A DNA stretch of 64,000 bases from Alphaproteobacteria bacterium (GCA_964291395.2 OZ219858.1:864001-928000), one strand, 5' to 3'; positions 1 to 11,264 are shown, numbered from the stretch's first letter. Numbers and translations are program-made. Notes: generated by a model not told the origin, from the sequence alone.

Positions 1-902
1 CTGATCCGGCAGGTGGAGCAGCGACCACGGCCGCCGCACACGGACGCGTGCGGGATTCCGGCTGACCGACTCGCCTCCAGGACCGATGTTCCCTGGGTGA
101 TGGAAATCCGTCGACCTCCCGGATAGGAGACCGAGATCAGTCCCATGCGGCGGTGCCGGAAGGCGCGTCCGCCTCGGGCGGCCAGCACCAGTACCAGAAG
201 CACGGCCATTCCCGTCAACGCGGCGTCCAGGGTGCTGAGATACCACTCTAGGGCGTCATCGCCGGGCCAGTTGATGGCCTCTCGCACGTCGGCGAACCAC
301 ATTGGACTCTGCATGCGGAGAATGACCTCGCGGCCGCCCTGAGCGAATCCGAGCAGCGAGAGAATGGGTACGAGGATGGAGAGCGCGAACAGCGCCGACC
401 GCCACGTCGCAAACCAGGGCTTGAGCATGAGGTAACGCCGAAGACCCAGGGTTCCGTGTGTCCAGGCGACGATCAACGCTAGGACCTGTTGGGCGCCGAG
501 CTTGGGGTCGAAGACCCACAGATTGAGCAATACCCAGGTGTACGTGTCTTCCAGCCCGAATTTTTCGTGCAGCAGGCGGTTTCCGATCACGTGCCCCGCG
601 AGGAGCGGCGGCAGAATCAGGCCGCTGACCACCTGTGCCGCTTCGTGGAACGGCATACGCAGCGTACGGCGGCGATAAAGGGAATAGAGAGACAGTCCGG
701 CGTGGATAGCCACTGACCCGATCAGCAGCGCCGTGCCCGCGGGATTCCTCCAGACGGCCAGAAACGGTTCTCGGCCCCATTCCATGGCCTCCAGAGAGAT
801 CAGACCGAGCGCGTGATTGAGCAGGTGCATCGCTGCGTAGATGTAAAGCACCACGCCCGAATAAAGGCGCAGGCGGCTGATCGGGTCGAACTTCGTGGTC
901 AC
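1..902 (-). CDS. CyaC-like membrane protein with 2Fe-2S ferredoxin domain, probable adenylate/guanylate cyclase (partial, runs off the left edge)
   Basis: Not in the ORF track. Manual translation from GTG at 902 gives RLRLYSGVVLYIYAAMHLLNHALGLISLEAM (hydrophobic, His-bearing) and at the edge SVLEASRSAGIPHASVCGGRGRCSTCRI (2Fe-2S motif). A cyclase domain would lie outside the window. Confidence 0.8.
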   Translation of the reverse strand, partial: MTTKFDPISRLRLYSGVVLYIYAAMHLLNHALGLISLEAMEWGREPFLAVWRNPAGTALLIGSVAIHAGLSLYSLYRRRTLRMPFHEAAQVVSGLILPPLLAGHVIGNRLLHEKFGLEDTYTWVLLNLWVFDPKLGAQQVLALIVAWTHGTLGLRRYLMLKPWFATWRSALFALSILVPILSLLGFAQGGREVILRMQSPMWFADVREAINWPGDDALEWYLSTLDAALTGMAVLLVLVLAARGGRAFRHRRMGLISVSYPGGRRISITQGTSVLEASRSAGIPHASVCGGRGRCSTCRI

Positions 903-933
903 GGGGCCAGCTCGCGAGATGGCTAGCGACCGG

Positions 934-1935
934 TCACGCGATCACGCCCAACTTGCGCTTGGCCAACTCGGCAAGCGAGGTCTCGGGGCGCGCGCCCATG
1001 TGGCTGATCACTTCACTAGCGGCGATCGAACCGAGCCGACCGCAGGTGAACAGATCCAAACCCCGCGACAGCCCGAACAGGAAACCGGCCGCGTAGAGGT
1101 CTCCGGCCCCGGTCGTGTCGACGACGGACGCGACGGGCTCCGGGTCGATGACATGGATCTCATCGCCGGAGACGATGACCGATCCCTTTTCCGAGCGCGT
1201 CAGCGCCGCAATCTCGCAATGTCCCCGGACGTGCCGCAGGGCGTCGTCGAAGGAGTTCGCTTGGTAGAGGGACCTGATCTCATCCTCGTTGGCGAAGAGC
1301 ACGTCGATTTCGTGCTCCGCTAAGTGAACGAACTCCTCTCGCCAGCGACCCACGCAAAAAGAATCGGACAACGAAAACGCAATCTTCCGCCCGGACGCGT
1401 GCGCGACCGCCGACGCCTTTCGAAACGCTTCTTTCGCGGCAGGGGGGTCCCAGAGATACCCCTCCAAATACGTGATCTGCGCGCAGGCGACCTGGGCCTC
1501 GTCGACGTCGTCGGGACCGAGATCAGCGCCCGCGCCCAGGTACGTGTTCAGGGTTCTCTGGGCGTCGGGCGTGACCAGGATCAGGCAGCGTCCGGTAGGC
1601 GGTCCTTCCGTCGCGGGGGCAACATCGAACTCGACACCGAGCGCTCGCAAATCGTGGGTGAACACGGCGCCCAGCTGATCGTCACGGACTCTACCCACGA
1701 AGCCGGCTCGTCCTCCAAAGCCTGCCAGTCCGGCGACGGTGTTCGCGGCCGAGCCGCCCGATACTTCGATGGCCGGCCCCATGGAGTCATACAGGGCCTT
1801 TGCGCGGACAGTGTCGATCAAGGCCATGCTGCCCTTGACGAGGCCTTCGCGAACCAGGAATTCATCATCGGCGTGCGATAACACGTCGACAATCGCGTTT
1901 CCGATGCCTACGACATCAAGGGGACCACCGCTCAT
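934..1935 (-). CDS. PfkB-family adenosine/sugar kinase
   Basis: GIGNAIVD, GGSAANT and VVDTTGAGDLYAAGF motifs; start trimmed to ATG at 1935. Confidence 0.9.
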   Translation of the reverse strand: MSGGPLDVVGIGNAIVDVLSHADDEFLVREGLVKGSMALIDTVRAKALYDSMGPAIEVSGGSAANTVAGLAGFGGRAGFVGRVRDDQLGAVFTHDLRALGVEFDVAPATEGPPTGRCLILVTPDAQRTLNTYLGAGADLGPDDVDEAQVACAQITYLEGYLWDPPAAKEAFRKASAVAHASGRKIAFSLSDSFCVGRWREEFVHLAEHEIDVLFANEDEIRSLYQANSFDDALRHVRGHCEIAALTRSEKGSVIVSGDEIHVIDPEPVASVVDTTGAGDLYAAGFLFGLSRGLDLFTCGRLGSIAASEVISHMGARPETSLAELAKRKLGVIA

Positions 1936-2143
1936 TACCCACCACGGTTGCCAGATCGCGCCGCAAACTACCACGGCACGATTTGCGGCGACAGAGTGCA
2001 CAACCATCCGCGCGGCGGGAGGGGCAGCATGATCGTGTGCGACAAAACCGCCGGTCTCGGTTTTCGAGGTGTGCTCACGCGTGCTCTTGTCGCTGATGGA
2101 GCGAGGCGGTACACGGGGTCATCCGATTGAATGATGGTGTCTC

Positions 2144-2824
2144 GTGATCAGGTCGTTCGCGCTCGCCATACGCCAGCTGTCCGATCCCGCTTTCCGTCGG
2201 GTTCTGCTGCGCTCGCTGTCGTTGGCGGTCGCAGTGTTCACCGGCCTCGCGGTCGTGGTCTGGTTTTTCCTCGCGGGAACGGACTTCTTCACGTTTTGGC
2301 TGATCGAATGGATTGTCGGCGTCCTGGGTGGCGTGGCCGTGGCCGTGGTGACGTGGCTGCTGTTTCCTGCCGTGGTCTCTTTCTTCGTCGGTCTGTTTCT
2401 CGAGGAGATCGCGGCGGCCGTGGAGGAGCGTCATTATCCGGATGATCCGCCGGCGCGATCAGTCCCCGTCTCGACTGCAATCGTGGTCTCGCTGCGCTTC
2501 GCCGGCGTGACCCTCGTGCTCAATTTGCTGGCGCTTCCCCTCTATCTGATTACGTTCTGGTTTCCGCCGCTCGCTCTGGCGATCTTCTATTGTCTCAATG
2601 GTTACTTGCTGAGCCGCGAGTACTACGAGCTCGTCTCGCTGAGGCGGTTGGACGCGGGCGCGGCGGAGATGCTTCGCAAGGCCAACAGGCAGCGCCTGTT
2701 CCTGTCGGGGGTCGTAGTCACCTTCTTGTTCACCATACCGATCGTGAATCTGTTTGTGCCCGTCATCGGCGTGGCGGCCATGGCGCATATCTTTCGGTCG
2801 CTGCACGCGCATGAGGCGGTGTGA
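2144..2824 (+). CDS. EI24/CysZ-like membrane protein
   Basis: Multi-TM; 'IAAAVEERHYP', 'NGYLLSREY', 'IPIVNLFVPV' motifs. Confidence 0.8.
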   Translation: MIRSFALAIRQLSDPAFRRVLLRSLSLAVAVFTGLAVVVWFFLAGTDFFTFWLIEWIVGVLGGVAVAVVTWLLFPAVVSFFVGLFLEEIAAAVEERHYPDDPPARSVPVSTAIVVSLRFAGVTLVLNLLALPLYLITFWFPPLALAIFYCLNGYLLSREYYELVSLRRLDAGAAEMLRKANRQRLFLSGVVVTFLFTIPIVNLFVPVIGVAAMAHIFRSLHAHEAV

Positions 2825-3555
2825 GCGTCGGGTTGAAGAAAATCCGCCCCGTACGGACAGCGGCGCCGCGGCTCGCCCCGTGCCATGGGTGGATCCTGGC
2901 TGGCCTCGTGGCTTTGAGTACCGCGGGGTGCCTCCACACGGGAGAGGCTCCGCCGGCCGCCTCTTACGCGCCGATGCCGCGACCGGCTGTCGTGGCCGTA
3001 GGGCCGCCCCTGCCCGCGGGCCCGGCGGCACCCTCCGAACCGGAAGTAGCTGCGCTCGCGCCCGAAAAGGTGGTCGAACGGGATGAGGCCGGAACGGTCG
3101 AGAGTTCGACGGCGAGCGACATGCCGGCCGAAGCCGAAACCCGAAACGCCGCAACGGTAACGGTTGTCGCGGAGACGCCGGAACTTGACAGGCGCCCAGA
3201 GGAGAGCTCGGCTGATCAAGTGCCTCGAAGCGTCGAGACGGTATCGGTCGGGCCCAAGGAAGTGGTGTCAAAGGAACCCGACCCGGAGGTACCGCCGACT
3301 TCGCTCATCGGCGTCGGGCGCGGCGACCTCCTGGGCCGGCTCGGGACACCCGCATTGTTGCGGCGTGAACCGCCGGCGGAGTTCTGGCAGTTCTCCGGGG
3401 ACGGCTGCGTCCTGCATGTTTATCTGTATGAAAGCGCTGCGGGCGCGGACTACCAAGTGACCCATGTCGAGTTGCTGCCTCGCGGCGGGATCGATGCGGT
3501 GCCGCCCGGATGCTTTGAACGCCTGTTCCTCGATCACCGTCGCCAAGGGGGATGA
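2821..3555 (+). CDS. Hypothetical lipoprotein with Pro/Glu-rich linker
   Basis: Lipobox-like STAGC; C-terminal LG.P...RRE...E.WQF...C.L..YLY domain; 4-bp overlap with upstream gene. Confidence 0.65.
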   Translation: MSVGLKKIRPVRTAAPRLAPCHGWILAGLVALSTAGCLHTGEAPPAASYAPMPRPAVVAVGPPLPAGPAAPSEPEVAALAPEKVVERDEAGTVESSTASDMPAEAETRNAATVTVVAETPELDRRPEESSADQVPRSVETVSVGPKEVVSKEPDPEVPPTSLIGVGRGDLLGRLGTPALLRREPPAEFWQFSGDGCVLHVYLYESAAGADYQVTHVELLPRGGIDAVPPGCFERLFLDHRRQGG

Positions 3556-3566
3556 ACCCGAATGCT

Positions 3567-4202
3567 TCAGGCCATGGTTTTGGCCTTGTAGGCACACAGG
3601 TCGGCAACGGTACAGGTCGGACAATCGGGCTTTCGCGCCTTGCAGACGTAACGCCCATGCAAGATGAGCCAATGATGCGCGTGCAGCTTCCAGGTCTCGG
3701 GGACGACCTTCTCCAGCTTCTGCTCGACGGCGAGCGGTGTCTCCCCCGGCGCGAGACCGGTCCGGTTCGAAACCCGGAACACGTGGGTGTCCACCGCGAT
3801 GGTCGGCCGGTTGTAGACATTGTTGAGGATCACGTTTGCCGTCTTGCGCCCGACGCCGGGAAGCCTTTCCAGAGCCTCCCGGTCGTCCGGAACTTCGCCG
3901 CCATGCTCCTCGATCAGCATTTTGCTTAGATCGATGATGTTCCTGGCCTTCGCCTGGTACAGGCCGATGGAACGGATGTAGTTCCTGACCTCGGCCTCCC
4001 CTAGTCTGACCATCTTCTCCGGCGTGTCGGCCGCGGCGAACAGCGCCGGAGTCGCCTTGTTGACGCCGACGTCCGTGGCCTGGGCCGAGAGCACGACGGC
4101 GACCAGCATCGTGTAGGGAGAGGTGGAGACGAGTTCGGTCCTGGGTGCCGGGTTCTCGGCGGACAGCCGTTTGAACATCTCGTCGACGTTGGCGCGCCTC
4201 AT
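3567..4202 (-). CDS. nth: Endonuclease III
   Basis: VLSAQATD, HhH LPGVGRKTANV, AVDTHVFRV, C-x6-C-x2-C-x5-C 4Fe-4S motif. Confidence 0.96.
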   Translation of the reverse strand: MRRANVDEMFKRLSAENPAPRTELVSTSPYTMLVAVVLSAQATDVGVNKATPALFAAADTPEKMVRLGEAEVRNYIRSIGLYQAKARNIIDLSKMLIEEHGGEVPDDREALERLPGVGRKTANVILNNVYNRPTIAVDTHVFRVSNRTGLAPGETPLAVEQKLEKVVPETWKLHAHHWLILHGRYVCKARKPDCPTCTVADLCAYKAKTMA

Positions 4203-4310
4203 GGCGTCATCGTATATCGAGTCCCGTCGGCACCGGTAAAGGGCTGCACCTGTTCGACGGGGTATCGGTGTGGTTTGCCGACCGTACCCCGCCCAATCTA
4301 ACATCCGGAC

Positions 4311-4829
4311 ATGCATCTACCCCCGCACGTGACTCGGAACCCGAATCGTCAAAGACCGCTGTTCGACGCCGAACTGCGGCCACATCGGTCTCTGAGTCCC
4401 TTGGGGTTTTGGCTGCTGATGGCCGCGGTCTCCGCGCTCTGCTTTACGGCTGGACTGGCTTTTCTGTCAGTCGGAGCGTGGCCCGTGTTCGGGTTCTTCG
4501 GGCTCGACGTCGCGCTTCTCTACTTGGCGTTCCGCCTCAACTACCGTTCGGGACGCCTCGTGGAGACCGTGTCCCTGAGTGGCGATGAACTGATCGTGAC
4601 CCGGCGGTTTCCGAACGGGCGGCTTCGCGAGTGGCGTTTTGCGCCCTATTGGGTACGGGTGACCCTCGAATCGCCCCTTCGCCACGACAGCCGGCTCGTT
4701 CTCTCGAGCCATGGACGGCAAGTCAGTCTGGGAGGGTTCCTCACGGCCGAGGAGCGTCTGGAGTTCGCGGACGCCCTTCGGGATGCCCTGGCACGCTGGC
4801 GGGAGCTGCCGCAAGTGCGGTCACCGTGA
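4311..4829 (+). CDS. DUF2244-family membrane protein
   Basis: 'LRPHRSLS..GF', 'GAWPVFGFFGLDV', 'GGFL..EER' motifs; divergent from nth. Confidence 0.85.
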   Translation: MHLPPHVTRNPNRQRPLFDAELRPHRSLSPLGFWLLMAAVSALCFTAGLAFLSVGAWPVFGFFGLDVALLYLAFRLNYRSGRLVETVSLSGDELIVTRRFPNGRLREWRFAPYWVRVTLESPLRHDSRLVLSSHGRQVSLGGFLTAEERLEFADALRDALARWRELPQVRSP

Positions 4830-4976
4830 CGAGACATGGCTGACGGATCAGCAAGAATCGGGTGGTCGTGAGCACCGCGAACTGCCACGTTTTCCCGCAT
4901 GAGCCACGGCGACGGCACGAACGAGTCCTTGTGACCGAAGCTCGTCTCGGACGCAGGCAACGTCGCGGAATACGGG

Positions 4977-5858
4977 ATGACTGAAGTGAAACGGCAAACC
5001 TCCACGCAGAAGGCGCGGGACTATGAGCGGGTCGGCGCGGCTATCCGATACCTCGAGGACCATGTTCGCGATCAACCGGAACTGTCCGACGTCGCCGCCG
5101 CCGTGAACATGAGCGAGTTTCACTTCCAGCGGCTGTTCCGCCGTTGGGCGGGGATCACGCCCAAGCGGTTTCTGCAATACCTCACCGTCGGTTATGCGAA
5201 GGAAGCCCTGCGTGAGTCGCGCAGCGTCCTGGATGCCGCCTTCGAGGTCGGTCTGTCAGGTCCGGGGCGCTTGCACGATCTTTTCGTGTCTTGCGAGGCC
5301 ATGACGCCGGGTGAGTACAAGGAGCTCGGATCCGGCTTGATTGTCCGTTACGGGTTCCATCCGTCGCCCTTCGGCGAGTGTCTGATCTTTCTCACCGAAA
5401 AGGGGGTCTGCGGCCTCGCCTTCGTCGAGAGCGACCGCGAGGCTGCGCTCCGGGATCTCGGCGCCCAATGGTCCTTGGCCACGCTTCGACATGAGCCCCG
5501 AGCGACCTCTCCGGTGGCGGCGCGGATCTTCGGCGACGACATCGGTCGGGGACAACCGCTCCGTCTCGTCCTCAAGGGCACGAATTTCCAGATTCGGGTC
5601 TGGGAGGCATTGATGCGGATACCGCCGGGCCGCGTGACCACCTATGAAGCCTTGGGAGCCTATCTCGGGAAGCCGAACGCTTCGCGCGCGGTGGGATCGG
5701 CCGTCGGTCGCAATTCGGTTTCCTATCTCGTGCCTTGCCACCGGGTGATTCATAAATCGGGCCTGATCACCGGCTACCGCTGGGGTCATGTCCGCAAGCG
5801 CGCCCTCCTGGGGTGGGAGGCCGCCCGGCACGAGGAACGGGAGCAGACAACGGCTTGA
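4977..5858 (+). CDS. AraC-HTH / methylated-DNA--protein-cysteine methyltransferase (Ada-type, no N-terminal Zn domain)
   Basis: HFQRLFRRWAGITPK HTH; GTNFQIRVW and PCHRV active site. Confidence 0.92.
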   Translation: MTEVKRQTSTQKARDYERVGAAIRYLEDHVRDQPELSDVAAAVNMSEFHFQRLFRRWAGITPKRFLQYLTVGYAKEALRESRSVLDAAFEVGLSGPGRLHDLFVSCEAMTPGEYKELGSGLIVRYGFHPSPFGECLIFLTEKGVCGLAFVESDREAALRDLGAQWSLATLRHEPRATSPVAARIFGDDIGRGQPLRLVLKGTNFQIRVWEALMRIPPGRVTTYEALGAYLGKPNASRAVGSAVGRNSVSYLVPCHRVIHKSGLITGYRWGHVRKRALLGWEAARHEEREQTTA

Positions 5859-5987
5859 TCCGGTGTCCGCCTGGCATCGATGTCCTACCCTGCGCGCCAT
5901 GGAGTGATGTGGAGCGGCACGCTTGCCGCCCGGCTAGGCACCTGATACACACGCGCGGCCCGAGTCATCGCACCACCGTCCGCGGGG

Positions 5988-6878
5988 GTGTCGCCCATGT
6001 CCCTTCGACCGGCCCCCACCGTCAGCGACTATCTCTTGCTCGCGGCGCTCGCGCTGATGTGGGGAGCCGCTTTTCTCCTGATCAAGATCGCCGTCGCAAC
6101 CGTACCCCCATTCACGATCGTGGCAGGGCGCCTGGTGATCGCCACGGTATTCATGCTGTCCTACGTCGTGCTGCTGGGTCACCGGTTGCCGGCTACGTCG
6201 TACGATTGGACGTTGTTCGCCCTGATGGGGTTGTTCGGTAACGTCGTCCCCTTCGCTCTGATCGGGTGGGGCGAGATTCGGATCGACAGCGGGCTCGCGG
6301 CAATTCTCATCGCCACGGTACCGCTGTTCACGGCGATGTTGGCTCACGTTTTCACGGAAGACGAGCGCCTGAGCGTCCGGCGGTTTGTCGGGACTTGTCT
6401 TGGCTTGGTGGGCGTTGTCGTCCTGGTCGGCTGGGACGCCTTGGCCGGTTTGGGGATCACGGCGCTCTCCCAACTGGCCGTCGTGGGCGCGGCGCTCTCC
6501 TACGCCTGTACGAATATCCTGGCCCGCCGCGTGACCACCGGGTCATCGGTGACTGCGGCAGCCGCGGCCCTCGTCTGCGCAACCGCCTGGGCGGTGCCGG
6601 TGAGCACCGTCGTGGATCATCCGTGGGAGCTCGCGCCGTCGCAGGAGTCCGTGATCGCGATCGCGGCGCTCGGTGTGCTGAGCACGACGCTTGCCTATAT
6701 CGTCTATTTCCGGCTCGTCCGCGCGGTCGGCGCGACGTTCGTGTCGTTCGTGAACTACCTGATCCCGCCTGTCGGCGTCGGTCTCGGCGTCATGCTGGCG
6801 GGCGAGACCCCGACCCTTCGGTCCTTGTTCGCCCTGCTGATCATCCTTGCCGGAATCGTGGTAACGCGGCGACCCTGA
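5988..6878 (+). CDS. DMT/EamA-family transporter
   Basis: About 10 TM helices in two EamA-like repeats. Confidence 0.88.
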   Translation: MSPMSLRPAPTVSDYLLLAALALMWGAAFLLIKIAVATVPPFTIVAGRLVIATVFMLSYVVLLGHRLPATSYDWTLFALMGLFGNVVPFALIGWGEIRIDSGLAAILIATVPLFTAMLAHVFTEDERLSVRRFVGTCLGLVGVVVLVGWDALAGLGITALSQLAVVGAALSYACTNILARRVTTGSSVTAAAAALVCATAWAVPVSTVVDHPWELAPSQESVIAIAALGVLSTTLAYIVYFRLVRAVGATFVSFVNYLIPPVGVGLGVMLAGETPTLRSLFALLIILAGIVVTRRP

Positions 6879-6887
6879 TCATCGTTC

Positions 6888-7715
6888 TCAGGCCTCTACG
6901 CCCAAGACATCGGCCATCGAATACAGCCCCGGGGACTTGCCCTTGAGCCAGATCGCGGCAGCGAGGGCGCCGCGCGCGAATATCGCCCGGTCGGTCGCCT
7001 TATGGACGAGTTCGACGCGTTCGTTATCCGCAGCGAAGATTACAGCGTGCTCGCCCGCGACGTTTCCTCCGCGCAGTGCGGCGTACCCGATATCGCCGCG
7101 CCGGCGCTCGCCGGTGATGCCGTCGCGTCCACGATCGGCAACGTCGTCGTGGTTGACGCCGCGACCCGATGCCGCCGCGCGGCCGAGCGCCAACGCCGTG
7201 CCCGACGGTGCATCCACCTTGTGCCGGTGGTGCATCTCGAGGATTTCGATGTCGAAGTCGGATCCAAGCGTGGCGGCGACGCGCCGGGTCAGGGAGAGCA
7301 GGAGATTGACACCGACGCTCATGTTCGCGGCACGCACGATGGCCGTCTTGATGGACGCTTCCGTGACGGCCTTCTCCTGGTCGGGGTCCAGTCCCGTGGT
7401 TCCGGCCACCAAGGCGGCGCCGGTTTCCGCTGCGAGCTTCGCATGGCGAGCCGTCGCGGCCGGTGCCGTGAAATCGAGGATCACGTCCGCTGCCTCGAAC
7501 ACGGGTTTGGCACTCCGCTCCACGGTAAGTCCCAGGGTTCCGATGCCGGCAAGCTCACCGATGTCGAGGCCGATGGCCTCGTTGTCCCCGCGCTCGCTGC
7601 CGCCGACGATGGCACATCGCTCGTGTCCGGCGACCTGCCGCAGCAGCACCCGCCCCATGCGTCCCGCACAGCCGGTAATTCCGACCTTGATCTCGTTCGT
7701 CGCTTCGGTGGTCAT
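6888..7715 (-). CDS. dapB: 4-hydroxy-tetrahydrodipicolinate reductase
   Basis: GCAGRMG, GTTG, EMHHRHKVDAPSGTAL. Confidence 0.97.
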   Translation of the reverse strand: MTTEATNEIKVGITGCAGRMGRVLLRQVAGHERCAIVGGSERGDNEAIGLDIGELAGIGTLGLTVERSAKPVFEAADVILDFTAPAATARHAKLAAETGAALVAGTTGLDPDQEKAVTEASIKTAIVRAANMSVGVNLLLSLTRRVAATLGSDFDIEILEMHHRHKVDAPSGTALALGRAAASGRGVNHDDVADRGRDGITGERRRGDIGYAALRGGNVAGEHAVIFAADNERVELVHKATDRAIFARGALAAAIWLKGKSPGLYSMADVLGVEA

Positions 7716-7835
7716 TGTCCCCACTCCCCACGTCGCGTTGGTGCGGACACCTTACCGGCTCGCCAGCGCCGAGCAAACGAAGGGAAATCGAGGGGAAATC
7801 GTGGTGCTTCGAGATCGTCGCCGCGGAGTACCCAT

Positions 7836-8972
7836 TTATTCGGTGAGGTCCTCCCACATGTCCTTGACTTTGGACAGGAAGCTCTCGGATTCGGGATTGG
7901 TCTTCTCGCTGCCGCCTCTTTCGAACTCGCGCAGCAGGTCCTTCTGGCGCGAGGTCAGGTTGCGGGGTGTCTCGACGGTGGACTGGATATAAAGGTCGCC
8001 CACGCCACGGCCGCGCAAGGCTGGCATGCCCTTGCCCTTCAGGCGGTATTGCGTGCCCGTCTGCGTGCCGGCCGGGATGGACACCCGAGAGCGTCTGCCG
8101 TCGAGGGTTGGCACCTCGACTTCGCCGCCAAGTGCGGCGGTAGTCATCGGGATCGGCACCCGGCAGTGAAGATTCAAGCCATCGCGCTGGAACAGGTTGT
8201 GCGGCTGGATGGAGACAAAAATGTAGAGATCGCCCGGCGGCGCGCCCCGCGCGCCAGATTCACCCTCACCCGAGAGGCGGATTCGCGTCCCATCCTCGAC
8301 GCCTCGAGGGATGTCGACATTGAGGGTCCTCGCCTTGGCCGTCCGGCCGCTGCCGCGGCAGGTTGGGCAGGGATCCTCGATGACGTAGCCTGCGCCCTGA
8401 CAGGCCGGACAGGTGCGTTCGATCGTGAAGAAACCCTGCTGGGCACGAACCTTGCCCGTGCCCTGGCACGTGCTACAGGCTTTCGGTTCCGCAGCGTCGC
8501 GTGCTCCGGTGCCGCGGCAGCCCTCGCAGGACACGGTCGAGGGCACGTTGATCTCGGCTTTGCGGCCTTTGAAGGCGTCCTCGAGAGAAATCTCCAGGTT
8601 GTAACGGAGGTCGGTCCCTCGAGCGCCGGCGCCCCGGGGTCGCCGCTGGCCGCCCATGAACTCACCAAACAGGTCGTCGAAGACGTCGGCGAAGGATCCG
8701 CCGCCGAAGGAAAATTCGAAACCGCCCGGCCCCGGTCCCCCGGTCTGATCGAAGGCGGCATGGCCGAACTGATCGTAGGCGGCACGCTTTTGCCCGTCGG
8801 ACAGAACGTCGTAGGCTTCGCTGACTTCCTTGAATTTTTGTTCGGCGGCAGCGTCATCCGGATTCTGGTCCGGATGGTATTTCATGGCCAGCTTTCGGTA
8901 GGCCTTCTTGATGTCGTCCGGTGAGGCGCTGCGTTGGACGCCGAGCAGATCGTAGTAATCCGACTTGGCCAT
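7836..8972 (-). CDS. dnaJ: Chaperone DnaJ
   Basis: J domain HPD, G/F region, four CxxCxGxG repeats. Confidence 0.98.
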   Translation of the reverse strand: MAKSDYYDLLGVQRSASPDDIKKAYRKLAMKYHPDQNPDDAAAEQKFKEVSEAYDVLSDGQKRAAYDQFGHAAFDQTGGPGPGGFEFSFGGGSFADVFDDLFGEFMGGQRRPRGAGARGTDLRYNLEISLEDAFKGRKAEINVPSTVSCEGCRGTGARDAAEPKACSTCQGTGKVRAQQGFFTIERTCPACQGAGYVIEDPCPTCRGSGRTAKARTLNVDIPRGVEDGTRIRLSGEGESGARGAPPGDLYIFVSIQPHNLFQRDGLNLHCRVPIPMTTAALGGEVEVPTLDGRRSRVSIPAGTQTGTQYRLKGKGMPALRGRGVGDLYIQSTVETPRNLTSRQKDLLREFERGGSEKTNPESESFLSKVKDMWEDLTE

Positions 8973-9059
8973 GCGCTAGGTTCCGGCGGGCAGCGGTTCG
9001 CGGTTCGAATACGGTCGGGGCGGGCTCGTTCCCGTCTCGGTCCGTGACACGGGTCCGGC

Positions 9060-11024
9060 CTAGGCCGACTTGTCCCGTTTTTCCTCGTCTTCGACCTCTT
9101 CGAAATCGGCGTCGACGACATTGTCACCGCCGGCCATCGACTCGCCGGATCCATCGCCCGCGTCCGCTGACGGCCCGTCGCCCATCCCGCTCATATCGGG
9201 CCCGGCGCCGGCCTCTTCGGCCTGCGCCTTGTACATGGCCTCGCCGAGTTTCATGGATGACTGGGCCAGGTTCTGGGACTTGCTTTGAATCTCCTCGGCG
9301 TCTTCGCCCTCCATCGCCGTCTTCAGGGCCTCAAGGTCGCTTTCGATCGCCGACTTCTCTTCAGCGCTGACTTGGTCACCGAATTCTTCGAGGCTTTTGT
9401 TGGTAGCGTGGATCAACGCCTCGGCCTGATTGCGGTTCTCCGCAAGCTCGCGGCGTTTCTGGTCTTCCGACGCATGCTGTTCCGCGTCCTTCACCATCTG
9501 CTCGATTTCCGAATCGGAAAGTCCGCCCGACGCCTGGATTCGAATCTGCTGCTCTTTACCCGTGCCCTTGTCCTTGGCCGAAACGTTCACGATGCCGTTG
9601 GCATCGATGTCGAACGTCACCTCGATCTGAGGGACACCACGCGGCGCTGGCGGAATGCCGACCAGGTCGAACTGGCCCAACAGCTTGTTGTCGGACGCCA
9701 TCTCCCGCTCGCCCTGGAAAACGCGAATGGTGACGGCGCTCTGACTATCCTCCGCCGTGGAGAAGACCTGACTCTTCTTCGTGGGGATGGTCGTGTTGCG
9801 TTCGATCAAGCGCGTAAACACCCCGCCGAGCGTCTCGATACCCAGCGAAAGCGGCGTGACGTCCAGGAGCAGAACGTCCTTGATATCACCCTGGAGCACG
9901 CCCGCCTGGATGGCCGCGCCGAGCGCGACGACTTCGTCGGGATTGACCCCTTTATGGGGGTCGCGGCCGAAGAAGTTCTTCACCGTCTCGATCACTTTGG
10001 GCATGCGGGTCATGCCCCCGACGAGCACGACTTCCTGGATGTCGCCGGCGGAGAGGCCGGCATCCTTGAGCGCATGCTTGCAGGGCTCCACGGTTCGCTC
10101 GACAAGGTCCTCGACCAGGGCCTCCAGCTTGGCCCGCGTCATCTTCATGGTGAGGTGCTTCGGTCCCGACTGGTCCGCCGTGATGAACGGCAGGTTCACT
10201 TCCGTCTGTGTCGCGCTGGACAGTTCGATCTTGGCCTTCTCGGCTGCTTCCTTGAGCCGTTGCAGGGCGAGTTTGTCCTGGCGGAGGTCGATGCCCTGCT
10301 CCTTCTTGAACTCGTCGGCGAGATAATCGATGACACGCTTGTCGAAGTCCTCACCGCCGAGGAAGGTATCTCCGTTCGTCGACTTGACCTCGAATACGCC
10401 GTCGCCGAGCTCGAGGATGGAGATGTCGAAGGTGCCGCCGCCCAGGTCGTAGACGGCGATGGTCCGGTTGTCGCCCTTATCCAGACCGTACGCCAGCGCC
10501 GCAGCGGTCGGCTCGTTTATGATGCGCTTGACGTCAAGCCCGGCGATCCGGCCGGCATCTTTGGTGGCCTGCCGTTGAGCGTCATTGAAGTAGGCGGGTA
10601 CCGTGATGACCGCCTCGTCCACCGTCTCGCCCACATAGGACTCGGCCGTCTCCTTCATTTTCTGCAGGATGAAGGCGCTGATCTGACTCGGCGCGTAGGT
10701 CTCGTTGCGCGCTTCGACCCAGGCATCACCACTGTCCGCCTTGGTGATCTTGTAGGGCACCATGTCGACGTCCTTCCGGGTCATCGGATCGTCGAAGGTA
10801 CGCCCGATAAGGCGCTTGATCGCAAACAGGGTGTTCTCGGGGTTCGTCACGGCTTGGCGCTTGGCGGCCTGTCCGACGAGGCGCTCACCATCCTCGGTGA
10901 AGGCGACCATGGACGGCGTCGTTCGTCCGCCCTCGGCGTTCTCTATGACTTTCGCGTCACCGCCCTCCATGACGGCGACGCAGGAGTTGGTGGTGCCGAG
11001 ATCGATACCGATGATTTTACCCAT
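9060..11024 (-). CDS. dnaK: Chaperone DnaK
   Basis: [26 protein letters not shown] tail. Confidence 0.99.
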   Translation of the reverse strand: MGKIIGIDLGTTNSCVAVMEGGDAKVIENAEGGRTTPSMVAFTEDGERLVGQAAKRQAVTNPENTLFAIKRLIGRTFDDPMTRKDVDMVPYKITKADSGDAWVEARNETYAPSQISAFILQKMKETAESYVGETVDEAVITVPAYFNDAQRQATKDAGRIAGLDVKRIINEPTAAALAYGLDKGDNRTIAVYDLGGGTFDISILELGDGVFEVKSTNGDTFLGGEDFDKRVIDYLADEFKKEQGIDLRQDKLALQRLKEAAEKAKIELSSATQTEVNLPFITADQSGPKHLTMKMTRAKLEALVEDLVERTVEPCKHALKDAGLSAGDIQEVVLVGGMTRMPKVIETVKNFFGRDPHKGVNPDEVVALGAAIQAGVLQGDIKDVLLLDVTPLSLGIETLGGVFTRLIERNTTIPTKKSQVFSTAEDSQSAVTIRVFQGEREMASDNKLLGQFDLVGIPPAPRGVPQIEVTFDIDANGIVNVSAKDKGTGKEQQIRIQASGGLSDSEIEQMVKDAEQHASEDQKRRELAENRNQAEALIHATNKSLEEFGDQVSAEEKSAIESDLEALKTAMEGEDAEEIQSKSQNLAQSSMKLGEAMYKAQAEEAGAGPDMSGMGDGPSADAGDGSGESMAGGDNVVDADFEEVEDEEKRDKSA

Positions 11025-11133
11025 GACAAACTCCTTTCGCGGCGAATTCGAGCGGCCCTGGAAGGCCCCGCCCGAAATCCCTGAGTTGTTCGAAGTTGGA
11101 TGTCCCGTGGCCTGTGCTGAAGCGCTGTGGGCT

Positions 11134-11163
11134 TATATAAGTACCAGCTTATGACCTCGCAAG
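11134..11163 (-). promoter_or_regulatory. RpoH (sigma32)-type promoter of dnaK
   Basis: Minus strand reads CTTG-N18-CTTATAT, matching the alphaproteobacterial heat-shock promoter pattern, about 110 bp upstream of dnaK. Confidence 0.7.
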
Positions 11164-11264
11164 GACTCAAGACGCTGATTTTCGCCCGAATGTCCGCCGT
11201 TTAAGCCTCTCGAACATCCGAATCAGGGTGAACGGACGTGCACTTCGGGCATAGGCCGACGGGA

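Noticed and set aside
3567-5858. Apparent DNA-repair island (nth, ada-type gene)
   Set aside because: nth-DUF2244-ada adjacency is ordinary alphaproteobacterial gene order
7002-11084. Long antisense ORFs (640 aa and 599 aa) opposite dnaJ/dapB and dnaK; similar ones opposite comM, rpoD, carB and the SBP56 gene
   Set aside because: Shadow ORFs typical of high-GC codon usage, with no recognisable motifs
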